From assembly GCA_041649715.1 (NCBI GenBank), contig JBAZMP010000001.1:146741-210740 (forward strand): 64,000 nt of DNA, written 5' to 3'. Below the pieces are notes generated by a model, which worked only from the letters and a program-made list of their open reading frames with translations, ran no database searches and was not told the origin of the DNA. Every line of letters starts with the position of its first letter. The first letter of the stretch is position 1. This document shows, piece after piece, positions 58,058 to 64,000 of this stretch. The stretch is from Patescibacteria group bacterium (GTDB lineage: Bacteria > Patescibacteriota > Patescibacteriia > JAXHNJ01). The position numbers were made by a program, and so were the translations under genes.

Positions 58058-61000
58058 ATGCCGAGTATTTTCCAAAACAAAAAAATCAGGTCTCTGGCCG
58101 TTTTTTCCGGCCTGGTTTTGGTCATCGTCGGAATCGGTCTTATCTGGCCGCAGGGCGCCGCTTTAGCCGATGACGGCATGAATTTTATCGAAAGCGCCAT
58201 ATCATGGATCCTGATGCGGATCGTCGGATTTTTGGCCAATCTCCTTGTTCAGATCATCAATATTTTGGTCGCCGTGGCCAAATACAACGATTTTATCAAC
58301 GCCACGGCGGTGGTCAAGGGCTGGGTGATTGTCCGCGACGTCTGCAACATGCTTTTTATCGCCATTCTGCTCGTGATCGCTTTCGGCACGATCTTCAAAT
58401 GGGAGGCTTATCGTTACACCCGTTTGCTGCCCAAGTTCATCTTGATGGCCGTCCTGATCAATTTTTCCAAGTTCATCTGCGGTTTTTTCATTGATTTTTT
58501 CCAGGTGCTGATGATGACTTTTGTCAATGCTTTCGCCGGCGTGGCCGCCGGCAATTTCATCAACGGCCTGCATCTTCGGGAAATGGTGTCGTTTAGGGAA
58601 GATGCCGGCACCGACGTCAGCCTAAGCGGTGTGTTCGGCGCTTTGCTTTTAGCCGTCACCCTTTTGTTGATCGCGGTGGTGGTCATGCTGGTTATCACCA
58701 TTTTTTTGCTGTTCAGGATAATGATGCTCTGGATCCTGGTGGTGCTTTCTCCGCTCGCTTTCGTCCTGCGGGCCTGGCCCGGCAAGGGCGAGCGTTACGC
58801 CTCGGAGTGGTGGGACCAATTCACCAATAATCTGACCTCGGGGCCGATCCTCGCTTTCTTTATCTGGTTGTCCTTATCCGTCATGACCTTAAGTTCCGGC
58901 GACCCTGAAACGACCTGTCAGGGCACCAATCCAAACGTCGCCGGCATCCCCTGTGTTGATACCACCGAGCAGACGGCTTCAACGACCGCTCCTACCACCG
59001 GTGTCAGCGGCAAGGTCGCTTCCACTATTTCCGCGATCTCTGAATCCGATACTCTTTTAAGCTATATAATTTCCATCGCCATGCTCATGGGTTCTTTAAT
59101 GATGGCCCAGAAAATGGGCGGCATGGGCGGGCAGCTGGCCGGCCAAGCTTTAGGCGGCGTCCAGAAGCGTCTTAGCACGGCCCTTAAATACGGCGCGGCC
59201 GGCGCGGCCGGCGGTGCTTTGGGTGTGGCTTTATGGAAGGGTCGGGGTGTTATCAGTAAAGCGCCGGGCTGGGCACGCCGCAAGGTCACTGGTGGAATTG
59301 TCAGCACGGCCGCCAGCAGCAAAGTATTACAGGGAGCCATGGGCTATGCTACCCGCGCCCCGATTATCGGCGCATTGGCCGGACAAGGCTTAAGCCGGAT
59401 GCAAAGACGGCAAAAGGCGGATAAGGCGAAAGCTGAAGAATATGTAAATAGTTTTGATCAAAATACCAAGGCCGGCGCCCGTGCCCTGACCAACATGGCT
59501 AATGCCCCTTTGATTGGGCGGCTAACGGATTCTCGCCGAAAAATCCGTTCCGCGGCTCGCAATATCATGCCTACAAGTATTAGGGATCCAAGGAGAAGAC
59601 AGGAGCAGATTAATAGAATGGACGTGAAAGCAATAGGCGCGCTTAGCATCCGTGAACAACAGAATCTTGGGCGGGAGCACTCGTTGGGCAACATAGATCT
59701 TTTCCAAAATCAAGACCTGATAGACTACGCCCAGAGGAACCAGAACTTTAGAGGTAATTTAAGCCGGGGATCGGTGAGGGATGTTGTTGATCGGAGGGGT
59801 ACTCCTGTTCCTGGTATTGTCAATCCCGCTACCGGTGAAGCGCTCTTAGGTCTCGCGACAGGTGGCGTGCCATTTGGATGGGGACGCGGATCGGTCGGTC
59901 CGGGTACTAATTTGCCTCCACTCCGGCGCCTCGCTTCGTGGTGGGAGCGCAACAAATCACAGGGAGATGGGGATTGGAGCCTTAATGCCCTGAACCGCGG
60001 GCAGAAAAATGAGATCGGCCTGGATTTTAGCAAGTTCGGTGATAAGTTTCAGCAACGTTTGCTTGAGGGTTCCGGCAGAAGAGACGTTAAGCATATTAAG
60101 GGCGCGGACTTAACCAGAGGCGATATTAATAGGGCGGCAACAGAATTAGTGCCTATTTTGGATAAGGAAATCGCCCGCCTGAAAGAAGAAGGCGGCAGCC
60201 AGGAAGAAATAGACGAGGCGCAAAAGACGCGTGACATTTTTGCTAACCCGGAAGCCGTAAAAAACATGGATCATCTTGATCTTATTAATACTTCCGCCGT
60301 TAATTATAAACGCGGACAATTAAGAATAACTAAGCCCCATGAAGAAATTCACGGTGAGGGAGTGACTGACGAAAAGTCCGTTGATCAGATCGTAAAAATA
60401 TTAGCCGAAAACAAGATGCGTAGTTTGGCGCCGGTGATGGCGCGTTACGTGCGTTCGGGTTTATCCCCCAAACAAGCCGCCAAAGAGCTTCAGCCGGTGA
60501 TGGATAAAATAAATTCCGAAAGGGCCAAGAGTAATCGCGGCGAAAAAGGCATGAGACCGGAAGAGGTCATTGAGGAGATGACAGGCTTTAAGACCGGTTA
60601 TTTGAAGGAACGGATTATCCGGCCCGAACGGCAAAAATCACCGGAAGAAATTGCCCAAATCGAAGCCGAAGATAAAGCGCAAAAAGAAGCCGCCGCCGCC
60701 GAAGATAAAGCGCAAAAAGAAGCAGTTATTAAAGAGGAGGAAGCCAAACGTAAAAGTGCCGCTTTTGCCGAGGAATTGGGCGTTAAGCCTGGTATTATTA
60801 GCGAGGAAGAACGTCAACCGTCCAGGTATTCTCAGACTATTGGTCCGGGGACAGCGAAACTGGAAAGAGAAATGGCGGAAGAAGCAAGGAGAAAAGTCCA
60901 GGAAGCGGCGGTTCGCTTTGGCGTCAAGCCCGAGTCTTTAGGCGAGGAAACAGCCGCCCCTAAATATTCAAAAACTTATGGTCCGGCGGCGGAAAAGATG

Positions 61001-61684
61001 GAAAGAGAAATTGCGGAAGAGCAGGCTCGCAAGCGGGAGGAGAAATTCGGCCGAGCGGTTAAACCCGCCCCGAAACCGACCGCCCAAAAAGCGGAGAAAA
61101 AGTCCACTATTCTTTATAGCGCCAGCGGTGCCCCGATTAATCCGGAGGAATATAGCCCCGCGGCCGAGCAAGAAGAAAAAGCCGTATCCGAGGAAAAACC
61201 AGCCGTTAGTGTCGGTCAGCCGGCTCCGTCCGCGACCGTTGTGCCCCCTGAATTAAAACAGAATGCCGGCCTTAACAGCCAACTGGACAAGCTTGGCAGT
61301 TTCCTGGAACAGATGGAAGGCAATCTAAAACCTGATTATGAAAAATTGTCTTCGGCGTTAGAAAAACTGAGACAGGAGATCAATAAAAGTAAAACGTCTT
61401 CCGCCGCTAATATTTCTAAAAATATGGTTGATCCCCTTTTGCGGGCGACAAGCCTCGGCCCTAATTTGACCGCGTCTGAGTTCGTAAGATTGTCGGATAA
61501 TCTAAAACGTTTAGTAGAAGTCTTTAATAAAAAAAGTGTGCCGGAAGCGAGTAAGGGGGAAAAGCCGGCAAAAAAAATAGGACGGGAAGAAGAAAAAACT
61601 GGGAACGAGACTGTTGGGTTTGAAGAAAGAACGTCCAAAAATCCGCTTTCTTCACGCGCGGACGATAATAAAGATAATTATTAG
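58058..61684 (+). CDS. Polytopic membrane protein (1208 aa) with a long Lys/Glu/Ala-rich repetitive C-terminal tail
   Basis: The N-terminal ~330 aa contain ~6 TM helices (e.g. LAVFSGLVLVIVGIGLIW and LLLAVTLLLIAVVVMLVITIFLLF). The C-terminal ~450 aa are charged, with internal repeats of the form AEDKAQKEA. Confidence 0.75.
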   Translation: MPSIFQNKKIRSLAVFSGLVLVIVGIGLIWPQGAALADDGMNFIESAISWILMRIVGFLANLLVQIINILVAVAKYNDFINATAVVKGWVIVRDVCNMLFIAILLVIAFGTIFKWEAYRYTRLLPKFILMAVLINFSKFICGFFIDFFQVLMMTFVNAFAGVAAGNFINGLHLREMVSFREDAGTDVSLSGVFGALLLAVTLLLIAVVVMLVITIFLLFRIMMLWILVVLSPLAFVLRAWPGKGERYASEWWDQFTNNLTSGPILAFFIWLSLSVMTLSSGDPETTCQGTNPNVAGIPCVDTTEQTASTTAPTTGVSGKVASTISAISESDTLLSYIISIAMLMGSLMMAQKMGGMGGQLAGQALGGVQKRLSTALKYGAAGAAGGALGVALWKGRGVISKAPGWARRKVTGGIVSTAASSKVLQGAMGYATRAPIIGALAGQGLSRMQRRQKADKAKAEEYVNSFDQNTKAGARALTNMANAPLIGRLTDSRRKIRSAARNIMPTSIRDPRRRQEQINRMDVKAIGALSIREQQNLGREHSLGNIDLFQNQDLIDYAQRNQNFRGNLSRGSVRDVVDRRGTPVPGIVNPATGEALLGLATGGVPFGWGRGSVGPGTNLPPLRRLASWWERNKSQGDGDWSLNALNRGQKNEIGLDFSKFGDKFQQRLLEGSGRRDVKHIKGADLTRGDINRAATELVPILDKEIARLKEEGGSQEEIDEAQKTRDIFANPEAVKNMDHLDLINTSAVNYKRGQLRITKPHEEIHGEGVTDEKSVDQIVKILAENKMRSLAPVMARYVRSGLSPKQAAKELQPVMDKINSERAKSNRGEKGMRPEEVIEEMTGFKTGYLKERIIRPERQKSPEEIAQIEAEDKAQKEAAAAEDKAQKEAVIKEEEAKRKSAAFAEELGVKPGIISEEERQPSRYSQTIGPGTAKLEREMAEEARRKVQEAAVRFGVKPESLGEETAAPKYSKTYGPAAEKMEREIAEEQARKREEKFGRAVKPAPKPTAQKAEKKSTILYSASGAPINPEEYSPAAEQEEKAVSEEKPAVSVGQPAPSATVVPPELKQNAGLNSQLDKLGSFLEQMEGNLKPDYEKLSSALEKLRQEINKSKTSSAANISKNMVDPLLRATSLGPNLTASEFVRLSDNLKRLVEVFNKKSVPEASKGEKPAKKIGREEEKTGNETVGFEERTSKNPLSSRADDNKDNY

Positions 61685-61687
61685 CGC

Positions 61688-63049
61688 ATGAACTATTTAA
61701 AGGACATAATGCAAAAGTTTAATCAGCTGCCGGAGGCCGTTCGGGAGAGGGTTGATAATCCGGCGGCGGATGAAGTCATAAAAGAAATTGAAGACCGATA
61801 TCAAATTAGTCTAAAACTTTTGATAGTCTTGGTTATGGTCGGTGAAATTGAATTTGACGATATACCCGATTATCTTTATCACCAATATCATCTGGATGAA
61901 GAAGTAGCGGCCGACATCAGAGACGAGCTGGTCAAAAAGATTTTTGTTATGTTTCTTGACGAACAAGACAGGCAAGTGGCCAAGCCGGCTGAGGCGGTAA
62001 AAAACATTTTTAAAAGAAATCTAGTGGCATTCTTGAAGGCTACGGAAGATAATAGGCATGATATAAATGAGCGAATTATTTACATGATGGAAACCGACGA
62101 AACCATAAACGAGGAGGAGTTAGTGAAGCAGATCTTAGCTAATTCGGAGGAGTTAACGACTAAGCCGTTTTTAATCAACGGGCAGGAGGCGGCCCCCTCC
62201 ATCGCCAATTGGTTGCAGGATTTTATTAAATACCAGGGTTTTGATGATTTTGATAATTTTAGGATAGTTGAATATGTTTCCTCATCGCCGAACGCAAAAA
62301 TTCTGGACAAGGACGAAAAACAAATCCTCATGGATTTGATTCAGCTTTATCGCAATATCAAATTTTTTCCCACTCCGCAGGAAGGCGATCCGCGGGACTG
62401 GGAGGTTTTTCCTTTAGCCAAAGAGGAAAAAGAGTTTAAGGCGCTTTCTATCCCGGGCGGTCTAGAAAATGTTTCATCGTCCACGCCGGCCGGCCAGGTT
62501 TTGTCCTGGCAGGAAAAATTGAAAAAGATCAATGAAAAAAACGAGCCGTTCCTGTCCCGCCTGAAAAACTTGGCGGATATGACGCAGGCCCAAACAAAAG
62601 GGGATTTGCCCTCCATCATCATGACTTTGCTGAACGATTTTGAGGCGAAAAGGCAAGAGCCGTTTTTAGCCGGACTTTTCCTCCTGGTGAAAATGGAAGC
62701 CTGGCCGGCGGTCATGCAAGATGAGAACATAAAAAATCTATTGATAAAGACTGTATTGCCGCTTTTGAAAAAACAAAAAGCGGACATAAATCTAGAAAGA
62801 ATAATCGCTGATTTCGAGCAATCGTCAAATAGCGGCCTTTACGGAAAAATACTGCTTAAGTATTTTTTAAACGTGATAATGCCGGCGCAACTTCAGACTT
62901 CCGCCTATCTCGCCTCGCAGCTGGAAAATATTTTCGCCGCTTCAGGGCAAAAGGAATACTTGGGTCTGGCCTATTTCAATCTGTTAAGCGAAGAGTACGA
63001 ATGGGCAAACGTCGATTTCACGGCGGACGGCTTTTTAAAGATGGAATAA
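61688..63049 (+). CDS. Hypothetical protein (453 aa)
   Basis: Last gene of the co-directional cluster, with a 3-nt gap after the previous stop. No recognisable family. Confidence 0.65.
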   Translation: MNYLKDIMQKFNQLPEAVRERVDNPAADEVIKEIEDRYQISLKLLIVLVMVGEIEFDDIPDYLYHQYHLDEEVAADIRDELVKKIFVMFLDEQDRQVAKPAEAVKNIFKRNLVAFLKATEDNRHDINERIIYMMETDETINEEELVKQILANSEELTTKPFLINGQEAAPSIANWLQDFIKYQGFDDFDNFRIVEYVSSSPNAKILDKDEKQILMDLIQLYRNIKFFPTPQEGDPRDWEVFPLAKEEKEFKALSIPGGLENVSSSTPAGQVLSWQEKLKKINEKNEPFLSRLKNLADMTQAQTKGDLPSIIMTLLNDFEAKRQEPFLAGLFLLVKMEAWPAVMQDENIKNLLIKTVLPLLKKQKADINLERIIADFEQSSNSGLYGKILLKYFLNVIMPAQLQTSAYLASQLENIFAASGQKEYLGLAYFNLLSEEYEWANVDFTADGFLKME

Positions 63050-63124
63050 AGAATGGCGAAAAAGGCGGAGACAAGATTTTCCGCTTTTTCTTTTGCCTTA
63101 TCATAAAGAAATAATCCCGCGTTT

Positions 63125-63451
63125 ATGAAAATTTACCTAAAAAAAACTTTTGCCGACAATACGCCGACGCTTCTTAAAAAATGCGGCTATCACTATACCG
63201 GCGAATTCAGGGGGGAATCCGGTTTTGCCCGCCGGGCGGGGGCAGGCATTTATCCGCAATTTCATATTTACGTTAACCAAGACACGGACGAAGAATTAAT
63301 CCTGAATCTGCATTTTGACGCCAAGAAGCCTTCTTACGCCGGCTCTTCCATGCATTCAGGCGAGTATGATACGGAAATTGTAAAAGATGAGGCCGACAGA
63401 ATAAAAAATTTTATCGCCAGGGTCGCCGAGGAAAGCGGTAATCAGACTTAA
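63125..63451 (+). CDS. Hypothetical small protein (108 aa)
   Basis: ATG ORF MKIYLKKTFADNTPTLLKKCGYHYTGEFRGESGFARRAG... with no recognisable family. Confidence 0.45.
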   Translation: MKIYLKKTFADNTPTLLKKCGYHYTGEFRGESGFARRAGAGIYPQFHIYVNQDTDEELILNLHFDAKKPSYAGSSMHSGEYDTEIVKDEADRIKNFIARVAEESGNQT

Positions 63452-63589
63452 TTTTTTTGCTGGTTTAAGGGGTTATCAACCGAGAAAATAGGTTTATTCT
63501 TTTATTTGTGAAAAATGGCTAGTTATGTTATAATCATAACAAGATTTCACTCCGTTTTTCCCTAATTTTAACAATATTTTGTCTAAGAT

Positions 63590-64000
63590 ATGGGGGGTCA
63601 AACCATTTATTTGCTCTCGGAGCAAGCTTTAAAGGAAAAATTGGCCAATAATTTGCCGGAGATTCTCAGTTTGCCGGCCGTGGTTAAGGATTTTCGTTTA
63701 AAATTTTTAGGCTTAAGCCCTTCTCCCCGTCAAACTCTCGCCCAAGATATTATCGCCATATTAAAAGCTAATAATCAGGCCATCGGTCAGGCGTTAGTCA
63801 CGCAAAATGGTTTGAGATTACCGCCGACCTTGGCCAACTGGCTAGCTGATTACGCGGATTTCGCCGGCCAGTATTTTTCGCCAGAAAAAAGAGAAGAATA
63901 CCTTAAAACGGCGGAAAAAGATAATCTCGCCGGTAACGAACGGGTAGTTTTGGCAAATTTGTTTGATCTTTATGGATTTTTTTCTCAAATAACCAATGAT
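63590..64000 (+). CDS. Hypothetical protein, 5' part (runs off the right edge); paralogue of 61688..63049
   Basis: MGGQTIYLLSEQALKEKLANNLPEILSLPAVVKDF...LANWLADYADFAGQYF...VVLANLFDLYGFF. The ORF is open to the window end and shares ...NG..A.PS/TLANWL.DF... and ...L.DL..LY..F.FF motifs with 61688..63049. Confidence 0.4.
   Translation, partial: MGGQTIYLLSEQALKEKLANNLPEILSLPAVVKDFRLKFLGLSPSPRQTLAQDIIAILKANNQAIGQALVTQNGLRLPPTLANWLADYADFAGQYFSPEKREEYLKTAEKDNLAGNERVVLANLFDLYGFFSQITND

Overview
This window is an AT-rich bacterial chromosomal segment with short intergenic spacers and many co-directional genes. Archaeal-type Cmk, giant Cys-rich surface proteins and several small genes are reminiscent of an uncultivated small-genome lineage such as Patescibacteria/CPR; that placement is a guess. 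Housekeeping genes that I recognise directly: a P-type ATPase (partial, at the left edge), RidA, a multi-PAS histidine kinase with two receiver-only response regulators, an HI0933-like flavoprotein, rpsO and pnp, archaeal-type cytidylate kinase, DksA/TraR, LspA, ComM/YifB, a DAGK-family lipid kinase, a LysM-M23 peptidase, LeuRS, a nitroreductase, TsaC/YrdC and RsmA/KsgA. Two tRNAs lie on the minus strand: tRNA-His(GTG) and tRNA-Arg(TCT). Most interesting region: a ~7.7 kb segment that appears to be integrated at the 3' end of tRNA-His. It is bounded by a degenerate direct copy of the tRNA-His 3' end plus its terminator hairpin. It carries a 646-aa protein with a Pol-beta nucleotidyltransferase motif. 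It also carries a conspicuously GC-rich four-gene module: an adenylosuccinate-synthetase (PurA/PurZ-family) homologue, a vWA-like protein, an atypical kinase-fold protein and an unknown 401-aa protein. That module looks horizontally acquired and functionally undescribed. Other notable items: a SET-domain methyltransferase and a Lys/Arg-rich HARE-HTH histone-like protein; remnants of a REP-associated tyrosine transposase (RAYT) with REP-like palindromes, flanking a foreign-looking gene with a T9SS C-terminal sorting domain; and a 6-gene operon of giant (1123-1869 aa) Cys-rich secreted proteins plus a polytopic membrane protein with a Lys/Glu-rich repeat tail. No CRISPR array and no rRNA were seen. 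The ORF track evidently treats GTG/TTG as start codons, so several N-termini were adjusted to a downstream ATG with an RBS.
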